Source of the DNA: Vicugna vicugna
Taxonomy: Eukaryota
NCBI GenBank assembly: GCA_013265495.1
Contig: MU058289.1
Coordinates: 806,001 to 870,000, forward strand
Reading direction: 5' to 3'
DNA: 64,000 nucleotides
Numbering within the stretch: position 1 is the stretch's first letter; each line of letters opens with the position of its first letter. This document shows positions 1 to 24,771 of the stretch, one piece after another. The position numbers and the translations under genes were made by a program. The notes under the pieces are model-generated. The model had not been told where the DNA came from and made no database searches. It saw only the letters and a program-made list of their open reading frames with translations.

Positions 1-291
1 TGTGCTGGGGATCAGCCTGAGGTGAACACTTAAGCTCACCTCAGATCTTTTCTGAGCTTGCATCTTTCTCTGGGTTTGTGCAATGACTTTCTAAATCCTC
101 CTGTGTTCTGTATGCATGTTGTTTTTGAATGTCCTAATCCCTAAATGTGTGGCTCCCAATCCAGGGGGGAAAGTGGAGAAAACCCAGCAGTCCCTTTCAA
201 TCTCCTGGAAGCCACTTCAGGCCGGTGGGAGCTGAAACAATGGTGACCTGCTTCTGTGTCTGCACCTCAGTGATCAGAAGCAGTAATCTGA

Positions 292-430
292 GGGGGGAGG
301 GTATAGCTCAAGTGGAAGAGCATATGCTTAGCATGCATGAGGTCCTGGGTTCAATCTCCAGTACCTCCTCCAAATATAAATAAATAAATAAACCTAATTG
401 CCTCCCTCTCATTAATAAAAAAAAAAAAAA
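292..430 (+). mobile_element. tRNA-derived SINE (vic-1-like, camelid)
   Basis: A box (TAGCTCAAGTGG), B box (GGTTCAATC) and A-rich tail. TSD AAGCAGTAATCTG at 278-290 and 430-442. Confidence 0.88.
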
Positions 431-851
431 AGCAGTAATCTGCAATCAGAATGCAGATTTGGAGGGCAAGGTCCTTATTGCCCATCCATCAGTGATAACA
501 CTGACTGAGCACTTTACAACAGCTCATCAAATCCCCATTTGAGCCTTCTGTGGCCAGTACCATTAAAATCCCTATTTTGAAAATGAGGAAACTGTGGTTC
601 ACAGAGAGAAAGCCATTTGACCAGGTCTTTATTGCAAGAAGAGTCTTCATTGTAGCTCCACAAATATGTGAGAAAGAAAAACAGCCCTTGGTAGCTGGGA
701 GCTGACCTGACACTCATAACTGGATGTTGGTGTTTCTAGGAGCTGGCCTAGAACTCACAGCTGGGTCACTAGAAAGAATTTCACCGAACACCAACATCAC
801 ACAGAGTCTCTCTATGACTGATGAACCAAGATAAAAACAAGACCACTCCAG

Positions 852-960
852 GAGTGGGAGCAGGGTAACAGCTCAGTGGTAGAGCACATGCTCAGCATCC
901 ACAAGGTCCCAGGTTCAATCCCCAGTACCTTTATTAAAAAAATAAAAATAAATAAAAAAA
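852..960 (+). mobile_element. tRNA-derived SINE (vic-1-like)
   Basis: Same tRNA-like head and A tail; CAAGACCACTCCA TSD on both sides. Confidence 0.85.
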
Positions 961-2610
961 ACCAAGACCACTCCATAATCATGTCCCAACACAGACAAAA
1001 CAGGGACATTGTCCAAGCCACAAAATATGAAACATCTCCCTCTCCCATTCTTCTCACCTTCTAGATAAGGTAGACTTACTCCCACTTCCTGACAGCACCC
1101 AATCCAGAGAAAATCCCCACTTTCTTGACTTCATGCCCAAGTCAAATAAAACATGACCAAATTCTACAAGTCTTTTCTGACACCTCCTTCCTGAGATGGT
1201 GCACCAGTTCCCCATCGTGCACGCCTCCCCTCGCTGCACTTAGTCAACAAATCCAACTTTGTCCAGCCACACGTGTTTTCCTGGCTGAAGTGCACTGACA
1301 TGTGCCTAACATGTTCCCACCTCAGGGCCTTTGCATGTACTGTGTGCTTAGTCCAGACTCTGCTTCGTCTGCCTCATCCTCTGTAGGTCTGCCCTTAAAG
1401 GTCTCTCTCCCTGCTTTATTCTCCTTCAAAGCCCTTACCAGGACCTGATGTTTTATTAGTCACTTATTTGTTTACCATCTGTTTTCCCCCAAGGTAAAGA
1501 CGATACTGCTCAGCAAATATTCCATGTGCTCCCCTACATTTCTCAGCCCCTCTAGAGTTAGGTGGGGCTATGTGAGTAACTCTAGGTTAATAGCCTGCAA
1601 ACAAAAGTAATGTAGATCCCTCCCAGGCCAGAACATTTAATTGCCAGTGCGGGACTCACTGTCCGCTCTTCTCTTGCTGCAGCTGCTAATGACGTTACAG
1701 ATGGTGTAGCCTCCGTCAGCCATGGTATCTGAAGGGACCATCCCACATTGGACACGTAGCATGAACCAAAAACAACAACAACAACAACAAAAAACTATAT
1801 TAAGCCTCTGAGACCCCAGAATTCTTTTGTTCTACAGCATAACCTGACTTATCCTGATTAACATATCCCCCATAGAATGTAGACTCCGAAAGAACAGGGA
1901 CTTAGCCTGGATCCTTAGTGCCTAGTGCAGTTTGAGTAAGCAATAATTATTTATGGAGTAAATAAACATGCCAGGCACAAGAAGACAAAGTTCCTGGGCC
2001 TGAATTACTCTTAATAAAAGGTGGATCAAGAGATGAAACTGATCCTCAGAGCCTAGGACTGAAACCACTTGGCCACATTCCCACTAACTAACCACGGTCT
2101 TTTTCCCAACCCAGATTGTTCCAAGAGTTTGAAATGAATCTTTTATAACAGCCATAGTTTGTGATGGGAAGTTCTAATGTCCCATTTTACAGATGGGGGA
2201 AGTAAGGTTTAGCAAGTCTTAGCATCTTGCCCAAGGTCACGTAGCTCACATACTGCCTACTACAGTCCTGGGACAACTGATACTTCCCATCCATGGGTGC
2301 TGCGGCAGATATGGTTGGCTACACCAAATAAGCATTTTCTTCGACATCTGTCCTGCATACGAAGCCCTGATTTTGTTGCAGGGGTGGTAGTTTCTTCAAT
2401 GACTTCTGTAGTGAGAGATGGTTTTATTTTCCTGATCCTGGAGAACAAATTCTGATTGGCTTAAGCCAATAATGGAAATTTTCTTTCCTTTCAGAGATTG
2501 GTTTGGATTTGCACCAGGGACCTAATTTTGGCCAGTGGAACTTTAGGAGAGAGTTGATGGGAGGATTTGGGGAATGGTTTTAACTTTATGATATAAAGGA
2601 ACACTCCTTG

Positions 2611-3148
2611 TAGATTCCTCAAAAAACTATAAATAGACTTAGATAAAGAAGTTGTGGTATATTTATAGGATGGAATACTACTCAGTCATAAAAAAGAATA
2701 AACCAGTGCCATTTGCAGCAACATGGATGGACCTGGAGATCGTCATTCTAAGTGAAGTAAGCCAGAAAGAGAAAGAAAAATACCATATGATATCACTTCT
2801 ATGTGGAATCTTTAAAAAAAGACACAAATGAACTTATTTACAAAACAGAAACAGACTCACAGACATAGAGAACAGACTTACGGTCACCAAGGGGAGAGGG
2901 GGTGGGAAGGGATAAATTGAGAATTCAAGATTTGCAGATACTAACTACTATATATAAAATAGATAAACAAGTTTCTACTGTATAGCACAAGGAACTATAT
3001 TCAATATCTTATAGTAACCTATAATGAAAAAGAATATGAAAACAAACGTATGTATGTATATGTATGACTAAAACTTTATACGGTACACCAGAAATTGACA
3101 CAACATTGTAAACTGACTATACTTCATTTTTAAAAGTGAGGGAAAAAA
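2611..3148 (+). mobile_element. 5'-truncated L1 3' end
   Basis: L1 ORF2-end and 3' UTR motifs (GCAGCAACATGGATGGACCTGGAGAT...). TSD GAACACTCCTTG at 2599-2610 and 3149-3160. Confidence 0.85.
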
Positions 3149-4719
3149 GAACACTCCTTGCAGTAGACATGAGCTGCAGTAATCATCTCTGACTGCCATT
3201 TGCTAAGTGTTTCATTGACAAAGTAAAATCCATTTCCTTTGTTGGGTTGGTGGATGAGTGGTGCCATGTAACCATTTCTGGCCAATGGTATTAAGTGACA
3301 TGTGTCATTTAAGTTCCGAGCATTTAATTGTAGACATGAAATCCAACAGAGCTCTCTTTCTTCCTGCTCTGCCATAAAATTGGAAATGTCCGAGGTGGCA
3401 GTTGCTCAATCATCCTAGACCCCTGAGTGATCATAATGCCAGCCCATAATGGACATGGACAATGAGTGAGAAGTAAAGGTGTGTTACTGTAAGTCAGTGA
3501 CATTGCGGCAAAGTTCATCACAGTAGCCAATAGCTTATCTTGAGTGATACAGAAGTTAGTGTCAGGAAAGTGGGGGGCTGCTGTAATAAAAAAATAATAA
3601 AAACATGTGGCATTGGCTTAGACCCAGCAAAGGGTACAAGAAAACTTATTTGAAGCCAAGAGAATGGAAATTATTGCCTGAGATACTTTGGGAAGCAGAT
3701 AACATACTTGATCTTGCGGCTTTAGGGGAAGCAGAACACAGAACAATAGGAGTGAATGTCAGGCAAAGTCGGCCCCAAATTGGGAAGGACCTTGAGAGGC
3801 AAAGCCCCTTTAAAACTCAGCTTTTGTCAAGGATAAAAATCAAGGCTTAAATCACGTGTAACCATGGTTAAAATCTCTGAATGAAATAAGATACTCCCAG
3901 GAAACCCTTAAGATACTCCAAGATAGACAAAACAGCTCAGTGAAGTAGGGATGGTGAATATAGCTTCCCAAGGATGCCTGGCAGAGTCTAAGGTGCCTGC
4001 AATGACACACAGAGAGAGGGAGAGATGAGGAACATCTTTGAACAGAACCAGAGATACGGTCTTTGGCACATGGGCTTGACTGGAGGCTTGTAAGAACCCT
4101 TAGGCCCACACTTTGGGAGACAAATCAGAATAAGAAAACTGTTCATGGGCCACGGAGGGCACATCTTTCAGTGCTATATTAGATGTAGCCAAGAGGTATA
4201 ACAGAAAAGGGGGTATCTCCCCGGAGAATGAAGACATAAGCCACGGTGAACAAAGGTTTGGGAAGCTCCCCACCCCGAGGAGCTGATCTGGTGCTAATGA
4301 AGGAATCCTTCCCATCTACAAGATAGGAGGCCCGTGCAGTATCTTCCCACTGGATTTTAGAAATGGTCCAGACCAGTGGTTTCTGTGTGTCTCCCCGACT
4401 TCCCCTTTCTGCTGGGCGTCAAGCCATTTTGCCCCCTTCCCACACTGTATACTGAGTGTGTGGAGGGCAAATAATTTGGCTTTTTGGTGCACTTGTTCTG
4501 ACTTGGACTCACTCCCAGTGTTCCTACCCGGCTCTCGCAGGCATTTGCGTTTTCAGCCCCACCACCTACACTGAGCTATTTAATGACTTGAACTGAACTG
4601 GGCTCCAGGAAGTGCCGTGGATCAAGGGTGATTCCACCGCCTGGGGCTGAGGCCTGGGTTCTGTGGGTGACTTCACAATGCCCAGGGGGGTTCCTGGCCT
4701 GCTGTAGTCTCGGGCTACC

Positions 4720-16861
<12,142 letters not shown>

Positions 16862-18329
16862 AATGAGCCCTTGGGATCCAGGAGACCTGGCCTCCCGTGG
16901 CTCCATTACCTGCCCCGGGCCCGCCTGCACCTCCCTCTGAGCCAAAACAGACCTGGAGCCACCGCTCAGGGCAACTGACCTCTCCCTGGTCCGGGTCCTA
17001 CTCTGTTAAGTCATTCGCAATCCCCATTCCACAGATGAGGAAACTGAGGCCAGACCACCTGTCTCGTCATCGGAGGAGGCGTACTCCAGTTCATCCCCAG
17101 GTTGCCTGGCTCCAGCCCTGTGCTCCTCACGGGGAGGAAGGGAGGGCGGAACGAGGCCAGGTCGGGGGTGAGTCTCCCGTGCGCACACGGCAGCCCCTCA
17201 CTCACCATGCTCTCCTGAGGACAAGGACTGGGACAGGGGATGGGAGCAGGTCACCCACAGGTCCCCCAGGTCTGCACTGGGCCCTGCCTTTCCTTGCCCA
17301 TCCCCTGCCCACCCTGCCTAGGGCCTCCAGGCGTCGCCATGGTGCCCCAAGTCAGCGGTGCCCCAGGGGTGCAGCAGCAGACACGTGGTTCTTGTAGCCG
17401 AGAGGGCCCCCCCAGACCCCCGAGAAGGAGAGACAGGCCCCTCCGCTGGGACAAGGCACCAGGCCTGGCCCAGCCAGCCTGCGGGAATCACCAGGCCTGG
17501 CTGTTCCCAGAAATGTTACACAGTGTTGAGCATAGGGCTGGAGTGAGAAATAAAATATGAACGCTTTGTAAAATTCACCACCCTGGGATGCCATTGTGAG
17601 GCAGAGAAAGGGCAGGTCTGAAATTTCTAGAACACAACCTCTGTCCCCGAGGAGAAGGCAGAGCTCACCCTTCACCTCCCAGACCCTGCGGCCACAACAC
17701 CTAAGGCTTCACATGGTGCCCAGAGATGCAGAGATTCCTGCTGAAGATGGGGAAAGTTTGTGGAGAACTAAAGGGGGTCCACTGGGAAGCAGAGGGAGAG
17801 AATAACGACAATAAAAGCAAACATTTGGGGACCTCCTGGCGTGGTCAGAACTCACACCCTTGACAAACGTTACGTCCTCGCAGCCACCCATGGGGCTGGG
17901 GTTACGATGAATACATTTTGTAGCTGAGGACACCAGCGCACAGAGGGCTCAAGCAAGCTGCCTGAGGTCACACAGTGAACATGGGAGGGGGCAGTGATGG
18001 GAGAGTGAAAGAAGACCTCTGGGTGCCCCCCAGACCTGCTCCCAGGGGACGCCTGGTGTCCTGCGCCCACAGCAGCCCATCAGGTAGGAGCTGGAGGTGG
18101 AGCAGCCAGAGCCAAGCGTGGGTCTGATGCCAACCTGTCTGGACAGCACTGCAGGTCTCACAACCCACACCAAGGCTGTCGGTGCCCCTCTGTGGCAGGC
18201 GGAGCCTAAGGTGGTCCCAGTGATCCCCAACTCCTGGTGTCCACACCTCCCTGTGACTACCCACCCCTTCAGGGTGGACAGCACCTGTGACCTGCCTCTA
18301 ACCAACAGAGTATTGTGAAGGGGCTGGGG

Positions 18330-18760
18330 TGCCACCCCCTTGATTAGGTCACGTTACCTAAGACTGTCTCGTTCCCTAAGCCTAGAGCGAGAGGGGCTTG
18401 CTGGCTTGAGGAAGCAGGCAGCCACGTTGAGGGAGCTCACTTGGCAGGGAGCTGTGGGCAGCCTCTAGGACCTGAGGGGGACAGTCATCAAAAAGCCAGG
18501 GCCTCTGTCACACGGCTACGAGGGACTGAATGCTGCCAACTACCTGAACGAGTTTGGAAGCAGATTCTTCTCCAGTCGGGCCTCCGGATGAGAACATGTT
18601 CTGACCAACACCTTGATTGAAGCCTTGTGAAACCCTGGGCAGAGGACTTGGCCAAGCCATGTCTGGACTCCTGACCTACAGACCCTGGGGGATCATAAGT
18701 GTGTGCTGTTGAAACTACTAAATACATAGCAATTTGTATGTAGTGGTAGGCAACTGGTAC
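18330..18760 (+). mobile_element. MaLR LTR (MLT1-type)
   Basis: Typical MLT1 motifs (GCAGCCTCTAGG, GGAAGCAGATTCTT, CTCCTGACCTACAGA). Boundaries are approximate. Confidence 0.6.
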
Positions 18761-19413
18761 ATACACACAGCCACATCCCCCAGCCCTCCCTGAAGTCCCC
18801 TGCAGCTTCAGGTGTCACATGAATGGCTCAGAAGGAATTTACTGGTTCTTGGAATTGAGAAGTCCAGAGATAGGTTCTGGTTCTGCTTCAGGTACAGTTA
18901 GATCCAGGTGCTCAAAAGACATACTCCAGTGTTGTCTTACTTCATCTCTCTCTACCCTACTTTTTTTCTACATTGCCTTAATCCTCAAGCGCTGCTTCCT
19001 GAGAAGAGATGAGGGCTGCTCCAGGATCACATCACAGGAGCTCAGGAACCTCAATGGAAAGAGAGGAGACCTCCCACTGCAATAGCAACAACCATGGAGT
19101 GCTCACGGTGTGCCAGGGACTGTTCTAAGCATTTGGCAGGGGTTATACTTATTAGTCCTCACAACATCCTATGAGGCATATGTAATCACCATCCGCATTT
19201 TACAGATGAGGGAACTGAGGCACAGAGAAGTTAAGGTCCATGTCTAAGGGTACGGAGGTAGTAAGTGGTGGGGCTGGGAGTTTCACTCAACCAGGCTGAT
19301 TCCGGAGTTTGTGCTCTTAACTACTTAACTAGCCTGGCAGTAATAACAGCAAATCCTATTCACAGTAGATACTCTGGGTCTGGAGCAACAGAATATAATA
19401 ATAAAAAATAATA

Positions 19414-19658
19414 GGGAGGAGGGTATAGCTCAGTGGTAGAGGGCATGCCTAGCATGCAGGAGGTCCTGGGTTCAATCCCCGGTACTGCCATTAAAGGGAT
19501 GTTGAGGGTAGGGGAGTATATATGTGTGGGTGGGGAGGGCTATGTGTGAACTCTCTGTATTTTCTGCTCAATTTCTGTCGTGAACCTGAAACTGCTCTAA
19601 AAGAATAAAGTTTACCAAAAAAAAAATAAATAAATAAAAAATAAATAAATAAACCTAA
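19414..19658 (+). mobile_element. vic-1-like SINE interrupted by an L1 3'-end fragment
   Basis: SINE head 19414-19495, L1M-type 3' end 19496-19627, then the SINE tail TAAATAAATAAACCTAA. Confidence 0.75.
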
Positions 19659-19775
19659 AGTGAGATTGAGACTGATAAAAAGTACTTAATAAAATTACTT
19701 TAAAATCATTATATCATCATCATCATAATATCCATTTACTCCTTCCAGCAACAATACAGGGTAGGCAGTGTTATT

Positions 19776-19902
19776 TTGCTTGTTTGTTTTAAGAGGGGGA
19801 AGGTTTATTTACATATTTGTATTTGGAGGAGGTACTGGGGATTGAACCCAGGACCTTGTGCATGCTAAGCATGTGCTCTACCACTTGAGCTATAGCCTCC
19901 CC
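19776..19902 (-). mobile_element. tRNA-derived SINE (vic-1-like)
   Basis: Reverse complement of the SINE head. TSD GCAGTGTTATT at 19765-19775 and 19906-19916. Confidence 0.85.
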
Positions 19903-22900
19903 ACTGCAGTGTTATTGTCTCCATTTTCTGGATGGGGAAATTGAGGCACTGAGAAGCTAGATAAGCTTAAGGTCACATGTGGGGCAACTGGGACTTGAAC
20001 CCAGACAGTGGGGTCCAGAAGCTGTATCTCCTGCCTTCTGGGTCCCACTCCTGAGCCAGGGGTGAGGTCCGTCTCCGAGAACTCGATGCAGTGACATAGA
20101 GGGAGGCCCCGGGGACAGTCCAGTGCTCACTGGCCGCATCCGCATCTCTCCTCTCCCCTCCACCCGCCGCCTGGCACAGCCTGCCCAGAACCCACTTGTG
20201 AGCAGACTGACCTAATGCAGGCTGGGCAGGAGGGCTGAGTCCAGGCAAACAGGCAGTGGCCCAGAGAGGCCGTGTGAGCTGGTGCCAAGGCGGACGTGGG
20301 GTGGGAGGGGTGACAGACACCTGGGGCCACAGGGCAGCTGGGGGTCGGAGCCCATGCCTTTGACACCCGTCAGACCTCGGCAAAACAGCCTGTGCCCACC
20401 GCCCTGACCGGGAATCTGGGCAAGACGCCAAGTCATATTTAATGCATTTATGAGAAATCAAGACGTGGCTATTTATAATCTGTTGATTTGTCTGCCAACT
20501 GGGAAGTAGGTAAACGTGATGACATCTCACGAGCAGAATCCAGGCGAGGCCGCCTGCCCCTTAACAAAGTCAGCCACGTGGGCTCACAGGTTCTCATGGC
20601 CACCTGTGGGCCTGGGGAGACTGAGGCTCAGAGAGGGAAGGTGGCTTGGACACCCCTCAGAGCCAGGACCTGGTGGGGCGGGGAGTGGAATCCGGGAGGA
20701 CTCACCCCACCCAGCAAACCCCCTGGGCTGCACCGTCAGAACCCACCCATCAGTACCTTTGAGGACAAAACTCACTTTTCAGTTGTTCGTGGGAATCTTT
20801 GGAACATTAACCGCCTCATGAGCTCTTTCACTGCCTGCCTGCCCCTTCCTCCCCACTCTCTTCCTTCCTCTTTGATATTAAAATGTTTTCTTCTTTCTCA
20901 TCTCTCCCTCTTCTTCATTCCTTCCGCATTCCTTTTCTCTGTTCTCTTTGTTTGTCTTTTTATCAAAGCAATCATCATAACGCCAACAATAGGTAGCATT
21001 AGGGAAGGTTCGGGTGCCCCCTCAGTCCTCCATGAACGGAAACTCACCCAGCCTCCGCTGATTCTCTGATACATTCTGTTAGCACCCCCATTTCACAGAT
21101 TAGGGGAGTAACCCACCAACATCAGCTCGATTGCCAAGGTGGCTCCCCCAGGCTGCGTCTCCCAGCGCATTTGGGATTTGCATCTCTCCTGCCACTGATG
21201 CTCTCGGCACTTCCCCTCCTCCGATGGTCTCTGATCGAGTGGCTAAAATTCCAGCAGGGACACCAGAAATGAATCAATAAAATGTCCGCCTTTGGAGGAA
21301 TCTGATGTTTGGTTTATTCTTACTCTGCAGGGATCCTTTGTGGGAAGGGGTTCTCAGAGGAGTCCCCAGTGAAATGGCCTTTCGGTGGGTGTCACCACTC
21401 TTGGCTCCGGTTCCCACCCCCATGTCTTTACTGTTGGGGGGATCAGATGAGTTGATGCATGGGTAGTGCTTAGAACAGTGCTTGGCCCAGCACGTGTTTC
21501 ATGAATGTTTGCTGTGGTAGCTGATGCCACTGTCATTCAACCCTGGTTTTGGAGAGCAGGACAGGACACCAGGCGAAGCCCTGTGCTTGGGCCCACGTGG
21601 CCAACCCTCCTGGCCTCAGGTTTCCAGACTGGGCCTTCCCTGCCCTGGCAGGCTGTGCAGGCATCAATGGTGGCCTCCAAACCTCATTCTTCAGCTCTGA
21701 TGTTGTTGCCCCCTCTTCTCAGGTACCATCAGTGTGCTGCGGATGCTCCCCTGGATGAGAGGCGCAGGCACTCAGGATCCCATGAGCGAAGGCTGCCGGG
21801 TTCTGAGATTCACGGCTTCCGGCCTCATTTTCTGACGGCCAACGTGCCACTGTCACCGCAGGGCCCTGTCACCCCGTGTCTCCCGGCTCCACCACTTCCT
21901 CCAGAGGCGAGCAGTCGTCACGGCTTCTGCTGTTACTCCTCTGTCACAGTTTCCACATTTCTTAAGATGTTTATGCCTCTGGTTTTTGATCCGTCAAGGT
22001 TACCCACAAAGCCAATCTCTGTTGACTTCCTGCCCTGGAAGATGAGAATTCGATTCTGATGTGGTGATACTGCTCAACCTCCCGGGGCCTCAGTTTCCAC
22101 ATCCGCACATGAGAATGGTAACAGCACCCACCTCTTCAGGTTGTCATGAGGAGTAAGTGAATTCTTCGCAGGACACCCTTAGCACAGGCCTTGATGTTGT
22201 TGTTTTAATCATCATTATTAATTCTGGTTTCTCTGTTAGTTATCTTTGTAACTCTGGATAAAGACAAAGATTTCCATGTCTTCTTACCTTTCCTCTCCCT
22301 TGGCCTGAAACGTGGGCGTGGAGGCTTGTTAGACGCTGAGGACAGCATCCTTGGGTGACACGGCAGCAGGAGAGAAGGGCCAGCTGTGCTGTCACCCAAA
22401 AAGACCCAAAATTCTGCCACTTTTGAGCCGCCTTTATTTGGGGCATCGGCCACGGCGGTGGAACCAAATGCCTCGGCTTTTACTTCTTCCCCAACATCTA
22501 ATTAGGAAAAATGTCAAATCTACAGGAAAATTGGATGCATTTTATTATATCACCCATATATGTCATCCAGAGTCTACAATTGTTAGCAGTTTACTGTAGT
22601 TGGCTTACCAGATACCTATCAGTCTTTCCCTCTATTTATTCAACCCATACGGTTTCTTTGATGGATTTGTAAACAAGCTAAAGTGAAGTATTTGAAAGCA
22701 GACATCAGGGCTCTTAACCCTTCCACATTTCAGCATTCATGTCACTAACTGGAACTCAATGTTTACAGTTCTTTTTTTGAGGTAAGATTTGCATAAAGTG
22801 AGGTGCACACACCTTAAACACGTTTGCTGATTTCTGACCAGTGCTTATACTGTGCGATACAGACCCCTATTGAGAGAAAGAACATTTCCCTCATCCCATA

Positions 22901-24233
22901 AAGATCCCTTTTACACCCCCAACTCCACCCCCAAAAGCAATCATGGTTCTGAAATTTTTATACACTTACTGTTAAGTTATCAAGATTGATACTTGAACTT
23001 AATTCAATTTTGTGGCTTGATGGCTTGAATTGAAAAAAAAATTCACTGTTCCCGTCTATAGAATATGGGGACTGTAGTCAACACCGTGATGTCAGCAGTG
23101 ACTGGGACTGGAGAGGTTGAGGGTCTCTCAGTGCTGGCAGCCAGGACCATTCTGGTGGGGTTGGTGGTCTGAGCACTGAATGAGCCATACTGCTTCAGTT
23201 CCAGTGCCATCTCGTGTGCATCACTCACCCTGGATGTCTCACATAAAATGGATTGTTGGCTGAAGTAGGGAAGAACAAATTCTAAACATCTTAAAAAGAA
23301 AGGCCTTTATTATTTTACAAAACAACTAGTTCTACTAAGGTAAAGAGGGTCTACAGAAGTCAATGCATCAGTTGAATGATATCATCATGGACTAAGATTC
23401 CTTGGCATGTTGGCAATGTCATCCCTCAAGGTAGCAACATGGCTGCCACAGTTCCAGCCATCATTTCCTATACATACAAAATATTACAACTTTACATTTC
23501 CTTTTGCTAAATCTGACTTTGCCCATTTTTTCCACACATTTTAAGTGTTTAGCCTCTCTGATTTTGCTCTTGGTACTAACTAGTGAAATTCTTGATCTTG
23601 GCTTTGAGGATTATAGGCTCTTCTAAGTGCTGGTGGAAAAAAATTGCAGAAAGATAAGTAGAAAAAGTATCTTTCTTTGCAGCTGCAGAAAATCAGACAC
23701 TCCTCAGCATCCTTAAACTCCTCACGCACATATTCTTTGTAGGCCATGCGGACTTCAGAGATTAGTACATCTTGTGAAAGAAAAATTTAACCTTCCAAAA
23801 ATCTGCAATTCTGATTTGTTGTCCTAATAATGTATGGCCCTGGGACTAATATTTAAATTGGCACGTAGGTTCTGAAAAGGATAAATACTTGTGAGTTTTT
23901 TTTTGGTTAAACCAGAAAAATATTATTACCACCCTCTCTTCTCCCACATGGATGGAGGAGGAAAACAAAACATAGACTCTGTTATGATTTTGCTTTTGAC
24001 TAAGCGTTTAAAAGAGTCGAATTCCACGGCAATTAATGTTCCTCTCATTGCCTCACTTTCTGTGGGAGGCAGAAAAGGGAAGCTTCTTTTCCCTGCATTT
24101 CTTTTTTAGAGTAAAAATCATTTTCCCCAGAAAGTACCACTAAGTACCCCAGCACACTTCCCCTAACTGCATCTTGGCCAGTAGTGCGCCCTAGCCCCTT
24201 TGGCAGCAGTCACTAACAAGAGTGGAGAACTAC

Positions 24234-24771
24234 TGTTGTCGAACCAAAGTTCACGTGTACAGTGAGGCCAAACAAACTGAAATCCTCCATGGGTTTCAGG
24301 GAAGATTTTATAGACAAAATTTAGGGGAGGAGGGCTACAGGGCGTGTAACCCTCTTCTGATTGGTTGGTGGTGACGTAACAGAGTGGCGTCCCCAGAATC
24401 TCAATCATCAGCCTTCTGACTGCAACCCGGCTGAGGTCCACGTGCTCGTGCTCAGCCTGTGAAGTTCCCGTCCTCCACCTGGGTGGGGCTTGAGTTCACG
24501 CAGAAGGACTCAGAGATCCATGTCAGATTGTTAGGTACATCCCTTGAGGAGGAACCAGGACCCTGCCCCATCTCTGCACTGTGGTTTCTTGACCGCCTTT
24601 CCTTTATTTCTGCTTTCTCTCACTCCTCTAATTAGTAACTGTTTTGAATCTGCTGTATGAAACTCAGGGAAGGTCTGGGAGGCTAAAAGCCTTTTTTCTA
24701 CAAACAAGAAATGGGTCACATGGAAAGGCTTTTGTACCCAGAAGGGCCCCACAGGGGGCTGCTCGGTTTCA
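24234..24771 (-). mobile_element. ERV solo LTR
   Basis: TG...CA termini and LTR-like internal motifs (CCAAT, TATA-like on the - strand). No clear TSD. Confidence 0.6.

Noticed and set aside
292..370. tRNA-Ala-like sequences (also at about 856, 19414, 19830, 33300 and 36030)
   Set aside because: They have A-rich tails, TSDs and scattered mutations, so they are SINE heads and not tRNA genes.
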